Virus record (IMG/VR): IMGVR_UViG_3300044831_000021
Span: 1 to 31,676 of that record
Reading direction: 5' to 3' (one strand)
DNA length: 31,676 nt
DNA from: a virus
Taxonomy: Duplodnaviria > Caudoviricetes
A program made the position numbers and the translations under genes. The notes under the pieces were generated by a model that had not been told where the DNA came from, ran no database searches, and was given only the letters and a program-made list of their open reading frames with translations. Below, piece by piece: positions 1 through 9,148 of this stretch. The first letter of the stretch is position 1, and every line of letters begins with the position of its first letter.

Positions 1-54
1 GGAATAGCCCTGGTGGAAAAAGAAGAAAGAGATCCACACGTCCGGGTGCTATGA
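1..54 (+). CDS. 3' end of a phage gene (GIALVEKEERDPHVRVL*), possibly Mu gp26-like
   Basis: Open frame 1 ends in TGA at 52-54, overlapping the ATG at 51 (ATGA coupling). Its position upstream of a gp27-like gene matches Mu gp26. Only 17 aa are visible. Confidence 0.35.
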   Translation, partial: GIALVEKEERDPHVRVL

Positions 55-212
55 GATCGGACGCAATGAATAGCTGTCACGCGTGCACCAAGCTGACCGT
101 GAATGGATCGTTGACCTGTGACGGGTGTAGGGACAAGGGACATCGGGATTTGAATTGCGTGGAGTGCCGGCAAGAGAACACGAAGGTGATTTCAATCGCG
201 AATGGCAAGTAA
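51..212 (+). CDS. Small Cys-rich putative zinc-binding protein (53 aa)
   Basis: Not in the ORF track. Translates as MRSDAMNSCHACTKLTVNGSLTCDGCRDKGHRDLNCVECRQENTKVISIANGK with three CxxC motifs and overlaps both neighbouring genes. Confidence 0.55.
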   Translation: MRSDAMNSCHACTKLTVNGSLTCDGCRDKGHRDLNCVECRQENTKVISIANGK

Positions 213-909
213 AAAGCCAAAGACCGGAGAAAAGCGGCGCACGCGGCAGCCGCTCAAGATCGACAAGCTGCCTCTTGAGGTCCGTGATGAAGTTCAGAAG
301 CTGCGCGCTGCAGGCAGAACATGGATAGAGATAGAGGAGCTATCGGCCAAGTTTGTTAAGTGGGAGTCGCTGCCAACTCCAGTTCTGGAACTGTTTCCAG
401 ATATGCGCTTGCCACACAGCTCTCTTCAGCGCTGGTACGACCTGAGAGTTGACCAGGTCAGGCGTGAGGTGATGGCACGCGCGGATCGCGCAAGGGAATT
501 TGCACAGTCGTTTGCCGGGAAGGGGTTTAAAGAACTTCCTGACGCGGTGATGAATGCATTGCGAGACCAGATTTTCATACTCATGGAATCGTCAGATGAC
601 GGCAGTAGGACGAAGGCAATTCAGGGCCTGGGATCTCTCGGCTTAATGATTTCGCGTATTGAACGCACAAAAGTTGCGCAGCGGAAGCTGGACATAGAGG
701 AAGAAAAGCTCGAAGCCGCAAAGAACCGGCTGAAGGAACTCGGAGATCCGCGCGAGCTGTATCTGGGTGTCGTCCAGGAAATTTTAAAGAAGCTACGCAC
801 ACGAAAAGACGTGCGGGCTGTGATCGATCCGATCAAAGAAGAGTTGATTCAGGAATTTTCTTATGGTGCTGAAGCGTACGCAAAACAGATCGAAGCGGGA
901 GCGGCTTGA
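202..909 (+). CDS. DUF3486 / Mu gp27-like putative terminase small subunit
   Basis: N-terminal KIDKLPLEVRDEV motif typical of DUF3486, helical and coiled C-terminus, directly upstream of the large terminase. Confidence 0.75.
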   Translation: MASKKPKTGEKRRTRQPLKIDKLPLEVRDEVQKLRAAGRTWIEIEELSAKFVKWESLPTPVLELFPDMRLPHSSLQRWYDLRVDQVRREVMARADRAREFAQSFAGKGFKELPDAVMNALRDQIFILMESSDDGSRTKAIQGLGSLGLMISRIERTKVAQRKLDIEEEKLEAAKNRLKELGDPRELYLGVVQEILKKLRTRKDVRAVIDPIKEELIQEFSYGAEAYAKQIEAGAA

Positions 910-2515
910 ACACTCGCGCGCTCAGTTGCGCGCGATCTTTCAGGCCGGTACCGCAACTGATGGAGTCACGAAGGGCTTCCGTCCGCAGACCGTTTTGAAG
1001 GCGGCGTGGGATCTCGCTTCGGACATTGAGAGCTTCGTGCGCAAGTATCTGGCTCACTACATGGTTGACCAGGACACGGGGGTCGCCGTTGAGCCGGCCG
1101 AGTTTCACAAGGAGCTGTACCAGATTCTTCTCACAACCAAGCGCGGCGCTGTTGCTGCTCCACGCGAGCATGCGAAGTCGACCGTGGTATCGCTCTTCTT
1201 CGTTCTTTACTGCGTCTGCTATAAGCTGCGCCGATTCATCGTGCTCCTGAGCGAAACGATGCCGCAGGCGCGACTGCTGCTGAACGCCAACAAAGTCGAG
1301 CTGGAAGGTAACGACGCGCTGATTGAGGACTTCGGCAATCTGGTGAATGATGCGAAGTGGGGAGAGGAAGACATTCTCACCACAACGGGAATTCGGGTTG
1401 TGGCGCGCGGCGCTGGACAGTCACTGCGCGGACTTCGCCAGCGGATGTATCGCCCGGACCTGGTCATTGGCGACGATCTGGAAAATGACGAGACCGTCGA
1501 CAACCCTGAGTCGCGCAAGAAGCTTGAGCGCTGGTTTAAAAACGTAGTGCTCAACCTGGGCAAGACGTGCCAGGTCTTTGTGGTTGGCACGATCCTGCAT
1601 TTTGATTCTCTGCTGGCTCATCTGCTGGACCCTGACAAATACCTAAAGTTCTTTAAGCGGCTATTCCAGGCGGTCGACGATGATTTCACTCCCGAGACGG
1701 TGCTCTGGCCGGCTAAGTGGTCACTGGATGATTTGAAGGCGAAGGAAGAGGATATCGGGCCAACGGAGTTCAATCAGGAATTTCGCAACCGTCCGATCAA
1801 CTCCGACACACAGAGTTTTAAAGAGAGCGACATCATTCGCCACGCTTACACGCGCGCATCGATTGAAGGCATGTCGCTGGTGAAACTCACCGGCATCGAT
1901 CCCGCGATCAGCAAGAAGGAAAAGGCCGACGACTTTGCCAGCGTGACGGTCGGCATCGATCCTGACGGATTCATTTTGGTCCTGCGAGCCGAAGGTAAGA
2001 AACTCAGCTTCCCTGAGCAAAAGAAATTTGTTTTTGATCGCTATGACGAGGAACAGCCCGTCGCCATCGGCGTGGAATCCGTCGCATACCAGAAGGCGCT
2101 CAAGCAGGATCTGGACGAAGAAGGCCGCAAGAGTGGCCGCTATATTCCCGTAGTAGAACTGCAGGCGGACACCGATAAGTTCCGCCGCATCACGGCGATC
2201 TCGCCGCTGGTTGAAAACGGCACGATTCGATTCTGCCTGGACGGCACGCAAAAGAAGCTGATATCGCAGCTCCTTTTCCTGGGCAAGATGCACGACGATC
2301 TTGCCGACGCGCTCACGATGGCAGTTAGCCTGGCGCGCAGCCGCAGCTTCAAGCCGGCAATGGGAATGATCGTTGCTAAAGACGACTGGTACACAAATCA
2401 GCAGCGCGGCATCATGACGCGCACGGCGCAGGAGATCTCCGGGCGGGATCGCCAGGATGAAGACGCGCAGCCGGCAGTGTCTGGCGGCAGGAGGTCTCTA
2501 TGGGCTTCTCGCTAG
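863..2515 (+). CDS. Terminase large subunit
   Basis: Walker A-like APREHAKST, Walker B VIGDDLE, coupling motif VVGT, nuclease motifs GIDPA and HDDLADAL. Exact start uncertain. Confidence 0.93.
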   Translation: MVLKRTQNRSKRERLEHSRAQLRAIFQAGTATDGVTKGFRPQTVLKAAWDLASDIESFVRKYLAHYMVDQDTGVAVEPAEFHKELYQILLTTKRGAVAAPREHAKSTVVSLFFVLYCVCYKLRRFIVLLSETMPQARLLLNANKVELEGNDALIEDFGNLVNDAKWGEEDILTTTGIRVVARGAGQSLRGLRQRMYRPDLVIGDDLENDETVDNPESRKKLERWFKNVVLNLGKTCQVFVVGTILHFDSLLAHLLDPDKYLKFFKRLFQAVDDDFTPETVLWPAKWSLDDLKAKEEDIGPTEFNQEFRNRPINSDTQSFKESDIIRHAYTRASIEGMSLVKLTGIDPAISKKEKADDFASVTVGIDPDGFILVLRAEGKKLSFPEQKKFVFDRYDEEQPVAIGVESVAYQKALKQDLDEEGRKSGRYIPVVELQADTDKFRRITAISPLVENGTIRFCLDGTQKKLISQLLFLGKMHDDLADALTMAVSLARSRSFKPAMGMIVAKDDWYTNQQRGIMTRTAQEISGRDRQDEDAQPAVSGGRRSLWASR

Positions 2516-3984
2516 TCAAGACCGTGCAGACCTGGTCCGCGTCGGTGAAAAAGGCGCTCGGTAAAAAAGTGGCTGAAGCCGTGACGCCGTTCCTCTTCGG
2601 TTTGACCGCCGCTGATGGCGAAGATGCAAAGTTCCGCCGCATCACCTCGCCCAACACGATCCGCGATCTTAACCCGCTGATGCATGAGCGGATGCAGGCG
2701 GTGTGCTTCTACCTGAAATCAACGACGCCTTTTGGCAAGCGCATTGTTGAGGTCATCACCAGCTACGTGGTTGGTGAAGGATTTAAACCGTCCGCGACTG
2801 ACGAGACCGTTCAGGAAGTGATCACGGAATTCTGGAATGACCAGGTCAACAATATCGATCAGGCGTTGAAAGACTACTGTGATGAGCTCACTACGTTCGG
2901 CGAGTTGTGCCTGCCTGTCGCGGTGAATCCAGTGAACGGCAAAGTGCGCCTTAGCTATATAGATCCGCTGCTACTGGAATCCGTGGAGTACGGAACTATC
3001 GAAACGTCCAGCGGCCAGCAGCAGATTCTCATTCCAGTAGCTGTGCGACTGAAGCGTAAGCAGTCAGAGACCGAGGGCCAGCGTCTGGAGATCGTGCGGG
3101 TCGACGAAGATCCGAACTCTGAAACCTTCGGTCAGCTTAAAGGCGATTGCTTCTATTTTGCGATCAACAAAGCCAAGGGCGCCAGCCGCGGACTCTCTGA
3201 ATTATTCAGCCTGGCTGACTGGATCGACGTGTTCGACCAGATGATGTTTGATTTCGCGGACCGTGTGCGCTTCCTGAATGCTTTCGTGTGGCACTACTCC
3301 ATTAAGGGCGCGAGCGAGCCTGACCTGGAGAAATGGAATAAGAAGGTCACACAGAACCCTCCGCGCCAGGGCAGCGTGTGGACGACGAATGAAAATGTGA
3401 CTATCGAAGCGAAGACTCCCAGCTTTGCCGGCGCGGACATGTCGGAAGCCACGCGCTCCATCAAACTCTATGGTTTGGGCGGTGCTGGACTGCCGGCATG
3501 GTTCTTCGCCGATCCCGTTGACAGTAACCGCTCCACGGCCGACGAGATGACAGGGCCGACAGGAAAGAAGCTCACAGACCGCCAGAATCATTTAAAGAGC
3601 GCGTTGATGCAAATCCTCATATTCGTGGTGCAGCAGGCGATTTACCACGGAGTACTGGCTGAGGGAGTAGACACAACGGTGAAGCTGCAAGTCCCCGATC
3701 TGATGATCAAGGACATGCAGAAAGCCGCTACCACAATGGCAGCGGTGGTGAACTCGGTTTCCATCATGGCTGAAAACTTCTTTATCACCAGGAAGACGGC
3801 CGCGCGCGCGTCCCACGTCGTGCTCACGCAGATCGGGATTGAAGTTGATGCTGACGAGTTCGAGCAGGCGCAAAAGGAAAAGGCGGCGCACGAAGCTGAT
3901 CTGATTCCGGAGCAAACAGTTTTAAGTAAGGCTCTCCAGCAACTCGAAACGCCTGCCCAGCCAGCGTCAGGAGCTGTGCAATGA
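2500..3984 (+). CDS. Portal protein
   Basis: 494 aa gene after TerL with a GGAGG RBS. Portal-like segments (VVGEGF...EFWNDQVN, TFGELCL, RGLSELFSLADWID, GLPAWFF...SNRSTA). Confidence 0.85.
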   Translation: MGFSLVKTVQTWSASVKKALGKKVAEAVTPFLFGLTAADGEDAKFRRITSPNTIRDLNPLMHERMQAVCFYLKSTTPFGKRIVEVITSYVVGEGFKPSATDETVQEVITEFWNDQVNNIDQALKDYCDELTTFGELCLPVAVNPVNGKVRLSYIDPLLLESVEYGTIETSSGQQQILIPVAVRLKRKQSETEGQRLEIVRVDEDPNSETFGQLKGDCFYFAINKAKGASRGLSELFSLADWIDVFDQMMFDFADRVRFLNAFVWHYSIKGASEPDLEKWNKKVTQNPPRQGSVWTTNENVTIEAKTPSFAGADMSEATRSIKLYGLGGAGLPAWFFADPVDSNRSTADEMTGPTGKKLTDRQNHLKSALMQILIFVVQQAIYHGVLAEGVDTTVKLQVPDLMIKDMQKAATTMAAVVNSVSIMAENFFITRKTAARASHVVLTQIGIEVDADEFEQAQKEKAAHEADLIPEQTVLSKALQQLETPAQPASGAVQ

Positions 3985-4865
3985 GCCTCCAGCAGCAGTT
4001 CTCGGCCAAGATCGCCGACATGATCGCGCAGTCCGCAAACCTTTCTCTCGAGGCGCGCCGCAAGGTGCTGGAGATGCTGGATACCGTGCGCAAAGAAATC
4101 GTCGTGCGCCTGGCGGGAATGAATACGTCCAGCTTCAGCGCCGCGCAGCTCGCTGTGCTTAAGGGCCAGATCGATGTGCTCTTTAAAAGATTCAGCGCCG
4201 ACGCGACGAAGCTGCTCGACAGCTACGAGGCGCAGGAATTAACCCTGGGGTCGCAGATGATCGTGCAGCCGATCACTGTCTTGGGCACCCCATCGCTGGG
4301 GCAAATATCCACGTCGGCGCTCACCATTGCCCAGGCTTACACGGCGGACCTCGTCTCTGGCTTATCTGTGGATGCGGCGGCCAAAGTAAATGCTGCGATC
4401 GCGCGCGCCTTCTTTGGCGGCCAGCAGATCATGGACATCATCGCGCAGATGGGTCGCGCGATCGGCGGCGACAAATTCAACGGGATATTTGACGCGCTCG
4501 GCCGGCGCGTGACCACAATCGCGCTGAATGAACTTCTGCGCGTGCAGTCCATCGCCGCGCAGGCGCGGCTGGAAGATGCATTCAGCCGTCTACCCGATCT
4601 GCAGAAGCAATGGCGTCACCTGAATCTGGCGCGCGTGCCCAGGCCTGGACACATCGCTGCGGACCGCCAGGTGGTGGGAGTGAAAGAGTTTTTCATCGTG
4701 GAAGGCGAAGCGTTGATGTATCCGCGCGATCCCAGCGGATCGGCGGGGAACACGATCAATTGCCACTGTATGACTGCGCCATACTTCGCGCCTGAAGTGT
4801 TGAAGGCCACGGCGTCGCAAAAAGGTTTGTTGGAGAGTTTGGGAATTTCAGTCAGCGCCGCATAG
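3981..4865 (+). CDS. Minor head morphogenesis protein (Mu gpF / SPP1 gp7-like)
   Basis: C-terminal KQW...RPGH...YPRDP...INCHC motif; follows the portal gene with an ATGA overlap. Confidence 0.85.
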   Translation: MSLQQQFSAKIADMIAQSANLSLEARRKVLEMLDTVRKEIVVRLAGMNTSSFSAAQLAVLKGQIDVLFKRFSADATKLLDSYEAQELTLGSQMIVQPITVLGTPSLGQISTSALTIAQAYTADLVSGLSVDAAAKVNAAIARAFFGGQQIMDIIAQMGRAIGGDKFNGIFDALGRRVTTIALNELLRVQSIAAQARLEDAFSRLPDLQKQWRHLNLARVPRPGHIAADRQVVGVKEFFIVEGEALMYPRDPSGSAGNTINCHCMTAPYFAPEVLKATASQKGLLESLGISVSAA

Positions 4866-4883
4866 CGGCAGAAGGAGAGCGAC

Positions 4884-5303
4884 ATGGCAGAGAAAATCCA
4901 GATTCCAGACGCACCCGCAGGATTGCCGGCAGCGGTGGAAAAGAAGTGGAAGCAGACTTACGAGTCTGCTTTCAAAGAAGCCCAGGAAGAATCGCCCGAT
5001 GATTTGACCACTCAAAGACAGCTCGCTTTGCGTGAAGCAAACCGTCTCTTGAAGACGCCGGAACTCACCAGCTACAGCCAGGCGATGGACATCGAGGACT
5101 TTCACTTCCTGCTGCGCGAGCCCAGCAAAGACGGAAAGACGCTGCGCGTGGTCACGCGTCACGGAAAAAAATACAACCTCCCGATTCCGGCGAAGGCGCA
5201 GAAGCCGGTTGACGACAAGACCGACGACAAAAAGAAGGGCACCCAAAACGCAAACGGCAATGGCGGCGGCGAAGGTACTGGCAGCGCGGCAACAGGCGCT
5301 TAA
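4884..5303 (+). CDS. ChaB-like small phage head-module protein
   Basis: N-terminal LPAAVEKKWKQTYESAF...ALREAN resembles the ChaB helical pattern. AAGGAG RBS. Low-complexity charged tail. Confidence 0.55.
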   Translation: MAEKIQIPDAPAGLPAAVEKKWKQTYESAFKEAQEESPDDLTTQRQLALREANRLLKTPELTSYSQAMDIEDFHFLLREPSKDGKTLRVVTRHGKKYNLPIPAKAQKPVDDKTDDKKKGTQNANGNGGGEGTGSAATGA

Positions 5304-5337
5304 CCCAGCTTTTTAAAAACCAAGCTGAAAGGCTGAG

Positions 5338-7851
5338 ATGAAAACGAAAAAGAAAAACGGCACGCGCGTCCTGCTCACCAGGGAGGCAGACATGTCCTTC
5401 GACGATCTGGAGTGTGAACTTCAGGAAGAGTTGCAGGAGAAGTTCGGCACCGACGCGTTCGGCTCGCCGCTTTACATCTTGGTTGAAGCTTTCCCGGACT
5501 ACGTGATCGCGCGTGGTCCGGGCGGCAAACTATTCCAGCTTTCTTACTCGGTTGATGACCAGGGCGAAGCGACGCTGGGAGATCCGCAGGAAGTGGAGAC
5601 AGCTTTTGTACCTGTCTCTCAGTCCGGGATATTCATGGCCGCTGAAGCCGGCGTTGCCGTGGATGATTGGGTCTATCCGGTGCAAGTCATGCAGACAGGC
5701 TGGGCACACGGTGCTGTGGCCGGTCAGAAGAACGTGCCGCATTACTTCACGCCTGCGGTCGTGGCAGAAGTCGCTGCCGCCGTCAATGGCGCAAAGTTTG
5801 GGCGTATGCATCCGGTGAACGGCACGGGCGCGGAAGATGCGAATCGCGTCGCAGGCTGGATGGAGAACGGCAAACTCGTCGGTGAAGCAGCCGTTGGCGA
5901 CGTTCATCTTTTGAAAAACGAAACGGCGCTGCAGGCCAAGCTTTATGCAGCCAGAGCTTCCGGCAAGCTGGACCTTTTCGGCGTCTCGATGCTCGGCTAC
6001 ATCCAGTTCGAGGCCGGCAAGGTCGAAGGGAAAGACTGCCTGGTCTCAAAGAGGCTGGGCAAATTGATCAGTGTTGACCTCTGCGCAGAAGCTGGCGCGG
6101 GAGGAAAGTTTCTGCAGTATGCGGCATCGAAGGCGGTCCTGGCCGAGATCTCGCAGATGCAAAAAGAATCGCTGGTGAAAACCAGCGAAAGCGGCAGCGC
6201 AGACAGCGCGGCCAGAAAAACAGGAGCAATGATGAAGGAACGCATTAAGAAGTTGATTGAATCGCTCCGGAAGCACGATGCCGGCCGCGCCACTGCACTC
6301 ACTACGGAATTCGCAGCTGTGAAAGACGAGCAGCTCTCGGATTTCATGTTGACGGTAAGTGAGGCCGTGACTGAAGCTTCGGAGAAATCCTCGCAGACGG
6401 TGACAACTCACACAGAGATGACCGCGCTCGTCACTGAATCCCGCGCCGCGCTGGATGAAGCGAAGAAGATAAAGAGCGCCAACCTGGTGGAAACCAAATT
6501 GGTCGCGTCCAAACTTCCCGCGCCGGCAATGCAGTTGGTGCGCCAGGCTTTTGTTGACGACAAAGGCGAACAGCTGATCGTGGCTGAATCTGCGGTTGAT
6601 AACAAGATCAAGCAGATCCGCGACGCGTTTGCGGCTTACTCCAACATCGGACGCATCGGCGGAGGCCGCACAGAAGTGGGACTGGAATCGCGCGACAAAG
6701 CGCAGCTCGCGATGGACCGGATGCTCGGAGTAACTGAGTCTGGGCAGAAGGCATACGTCGAGGTTATGGGGAAAGCTGGGAAAGAAGTGACGCTGCTCGC
6801 GGGCGAAGCGGGCATCAAGGCATTTCGCGGCCCCAAGGAAGCCTACATACTTATTACGGGGGACCGTGACTTCAGCTTCGGGCGCAATGGCGAGGGAGGA
6901 TTCACAAAGGTGACGGAGGCCGTGGCCACAACGGATTTTCCGAACATCTTGCTCGATTCCATGTTTAAGCGGCTTATTCAGGACTACAGCGAAGTGGGAA
7001 TGAGCGGTCTTGATCAGCTCATCACGGAAGGTCCCGCATTGACCGATTACCGGACGCAGAGCCGTATCCGTGAAGGCTATATGTCCGATCTCCCAATCGT
7101 CGCGGAAGGCGCACCCTATCTGGAGTTGACGAAACCCACAGACGAGAAGGTCACCTACGCGCCGCAGAAGCGCGGCGGATTGCTGACCATCTCGGAGGAA
7201 ACGATCCGCGCCGACGATCTCGGAAAGATCAAGCAGTTTCCCATGCGTCTGGCGCGCTCCGGGCGGCACACGCTGAAAACGTTCGTCACCAACTTCTTTA
7301 TAAATAATCCCAATTATGTGCCTGACGGCGTGGCCTGGTTTAACGTCGGACACAACAACCTGGCAGTGTCTCCTTTTAGCATCGACGCCTTGATCGCGCA
7401 GGAAGCGATCCAGATGAAACAGACGGAGAAGGACTCCGGGAACCGACTCGCGCGTCGGATCTCATGGGTCATGGTTCCCGTGGATCTCGCTGCTCAGGCG
7501 TGGAAGGCCAACAACAGCCAGAACTACAACCCTGGCTCTGGCATCTTTGAGCCCAATCCTTTCTATCAGCGATTTGGACCTCCGGGCACAGGCAAGCAGG
7601 CGCCTCCGGGGATCATCGTCAATGAACTGCTGACTGATACGAACGACTGGTACTACGGCGTGGACGTTGCTGATGTGCCAATCTTCGAAGTCGGATACAT
7701 TGATGGCATCTCGACTCCGCAGATCTACCTGGCAGACATGCAGACGCAGGGCACGCAGTTCACCAACGACCAGATCCAGTACAAGCCCAAGTTCCCCTTC
7801 GGCGGGGCGATCCTGGACTTCCGTGGAGCTGGCAAATCGGTGGTGCCATAA
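5338..7851 (+). CDS. Fused prohead protease - scaffold - major capsid protein (Mu gpT-like HK97-fold capsid domain)
   Basis: Protease-like motifs (RMHP...VAGW, LFGVSM, ISVDLCAEAGAGG), an Ala/Glu/Lys-rich helical middle, and a capsid domain from about TTDFPNILLD with LTISEETIRADDLG and a terminal FGGAILDFRG. Better-RBS start at 5392 (GGAGG); internal start at 6229. Confidence 0.88.
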   Translation: MKTKKKNGTRVLLTREADMSFDDLECELQEELQEKFGTDAFGSPLYILVEAFPDYVIARGPGGKLFQLSYSVDDQGEATLGDPQEVETAFVPVSQSGIFMAAEAGVAVDDWVYPVQVMQTGWAHGAVAGQKNVPHYFTPAVVAEVAAAVNGAKFGRMHPVNGTGAEDANRVAGWMENGKLVGEAAVGDVHLLKNETALQAKLYAARASGKLDLFGVSMLGYIQFEAGKVEGKDCLVSKRLGKLISVDLCAEAGAGGKFLQYAASKAVLAEISQMQKESLVKTSESGSADSAARKTGAMMKERIKKLIESLRKHDAGRATALTTEFAAVKDEQLSDFMLTVSEAVTEASEKSSQTVTTHTEMTALVTESRAALDEAKKIKSANLVETKLVASKLPAPAMQLVRQAFVDDKGEQLIVAESAVDNKIKQIRDAFAAYSNIGRIGGGRTEVGLESRDKAQLAMDRMLGVTESGQKAYVEVMGKAGKEVTLLAGEAGIKAFRGPKEAYILITGDRDFSFGRNGEGGFTKVTEAVATTDFPNILLDSMFKRLIQDYSEVGMSGLDQLITEGPALTDYRTQSRIREGYMSDLPIVAEGAPYLELTKPTDEKVTYAPQKRGGLLTISEETIRADDLGKIKQFPMRLARSGRHTLKTFVTNFFINNPNYVPDGVAWFNVGHNNLAVSPFSIDALIAQEAIQMKQTEKDSGNRLARRISWVMVPVDLAAQAWKANNSQNYNPGSGIFEPNPFYQRFGPPGTGKQAPPGIIVNELLTDTNDWYYGVDVADVPIFEVGYIDGISTPQIYLADMQTQGTQFTNDQIQYKPKFPFGGAILDFRGAGKSVVP

Positions 7852-7860
7852 CGAATGGCT

Positions 7861-7975
7861 GCTGGCACTGGTTAGCCGGTGCCGGTTTGAAGGTTCCCTG
7901 GAGTCAACCAGCTCCAGGGGATTTTCCAAACCGCTCCCGCGAACGGAACGGTTTGCAAAATCAAAAACCGAGGTG
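7861..7975 (+). promoter_or_regulatory. Structured intergenic RNA after the capsid gene (alternative hairpins, possible attenuator or terminator)
   Basis: Stems GGCACTGG/CCGGTGCC and CCCTGGAG/CTCCAGGG. CAAACCG (7927-7933) is complementary to CGGTTTG at both 7883-7889 and 7949-7955. Confidence 0.5.
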
Positions 7976-7979
7976 AGAA

Positions 7980-8471
7980 GTGAAAAGAACAAGTCGATTT
8001 GAATTTCTAAAGGTGCTGCTGGTCCTGATGCTGGTGGTGTGCATGGTGCTGCCGCCTGTGCCGGCTGCGGCGCAGTCCATAAAGACGTACCGTGACGCCA
8101 CGGGCGGATTCCTGAATGAAACCACGTTCCTGCCTTCGGCCGCGTACACGACGAGCAACAACGCAATCGTGCCGATTGACGTGGGCGGATATGACGTTGG
8201 GGTAATCATCATCAACGTGACGGCCGTATCTGGCACAACGCCCTCGCTCACGGTGAACTTCATGGGATGCGACTCGCCTCCTGGATCTTCGACGTTTCCT
8301 GCGAACGCGAACTGCGGCATACATACCGCGTCCACGGCGATCACGACCACTGGGGTGTTCTTTGTCAAGGTAGACCACACCACGCGGTATTCCACAATTC
8401 AAACGGTGATTACGGGAACGTCGCCATCCTTCACGATGACGATCAGAGGACAGTTCAAGACCAGCGTTTAA
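7980..8471 (+). CDS. Beta-rich protein with an N-terminal signal peptide, in the head-decoration gene position
   Basis: GAGGTG RBS and GTG start. MKRTSR followed by a hydrophobic stretch and an AAA-Q cleavage-like site. Thr/Val-rich beta strands (INVTAVSGTTPSLTVNF). Confidence 0.7.
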   Translation: MKRTSRFEFLKVLLVLMLVVCMVLPPVPAAAQSIKTYRDATGGFLNETTFLPSAAYTTSNNAIVPIDVGGYDVGVIIINVTAVSGTTPSLTVNFMGCDSPPGSSTFPANANCGIHTASTAITTTGVFFVKVDHTTRYSTIQTVITGTSPSFTMTIRGQFKTSV

Positions 8472-8520
8472 AAAAAGAGGTTGGTGGTGCGCGGCGCAAT
8501 CTCCTCGCTGCGCGTCGGCA

Positions 8521-8560
8521 AGAGTCCGGGCTGGAAGGGGGACACCCGCCCGGGACTTTT
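8521..8560 (+). terminator. Possible intrinsic terminator
   Basis: Bulged stem AGTCCGGGC...GCCCGGGACT followed by TTT, preceded by a second stem GCGCGGCG/CGCTGCGC at about 8489-8513. Confidence 0.4.
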
Positions 8561-8584
8561 GTGAAACAGAAAGGATTAACGCAC

Positions 8585-8794
8585 ATGAAAGTGGTTCTTA
8601 CATCATGCCCAGAATGCGCAGAATGTGGTGCGCCGCTCCACATCGAGTTAATACCTAAATATTTTGATGAAGATAAGCAGGTTGAGATACCAGAGGGAAA
8701 GGTATGGGAGCATCCGCCAGTACCCAAATGCTCTTCGTCAGAGAAGACATTTGATCTCATAGCTGATCTAGAACCTGCAGAGTGGAAACTGTAA
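8585..8794 (+). CDS. Small hypothetical Cys-containing protein (69 aa), moron-like
   Basis: AAGGA RBS before ATG 8585 (ORF track frame 8267..8794). CPECAECG...H...C motif. Visibly more AT-rich than the flanking structural genes. Confidence 0.6.
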   Translation: MKVVLTSCPECAECGAPLHIELIPKYFDEDKQVEIPEGKVWEHPPVPKCSSSEKTFDLIADLEPAEWKL

Positions 8795-8805
8795 ACAGCT
8801 CTTTT

Positions 8806-9144
8806 ATGGATATCAAGCTCGCTAGATTCTCGGACCGGCAGATCTCGCTCATGATGGGCAGCCTGAACACAGGCAGAGATTGCATGGCCACGCGTTTGAT
8901 CTGCGAAGCCAGCTACCGCCTGGCGCGCGCGGGCGGCGCTGCCATGACCGAGGAAGAAGATGAGCTGCTTGACGACATTATGACTTGTGAATATCGCTTG
9001 CGCATCAGTCAGCGCAGGCAGCGGCGTGGTAAATACGAAACGGTGAGGAAAGGAGGTCGCGGAGAATTGTCAGAGCCATTGCCAGCGCGCAGACGTCGTA
9101 CAGCAATCGCCAGCACGACCCTGCGCCTGGTGGTGAAAAATTAG
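8806..9144 (+). CDS. Hypothetical protein with Arg-rich C-terminus
   Basis: Fills the operon gap. Start uncertain (GTG 8782 or ATG 8806). Confidence 0.55.
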   Translation: MDIKLARFSDRQISLMMGSLNTGRDCMATRLICEASYRLARAGGAAMTEEEDELLDDIMTCEYRLRISQRRQRRGKYETVRKGGRGELSEPLPARRRRTAIASTTLRLVVKN

Positions 9145-9148
9145 CCCT

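Noticed and set aside
6046-7353. 435-aa minus-strand ORF, and the many other antisense or alternate-frame ORFs
   Set aside because: They are shadows of well-supported GC-rich + strand genes and show no recognisable motifs.
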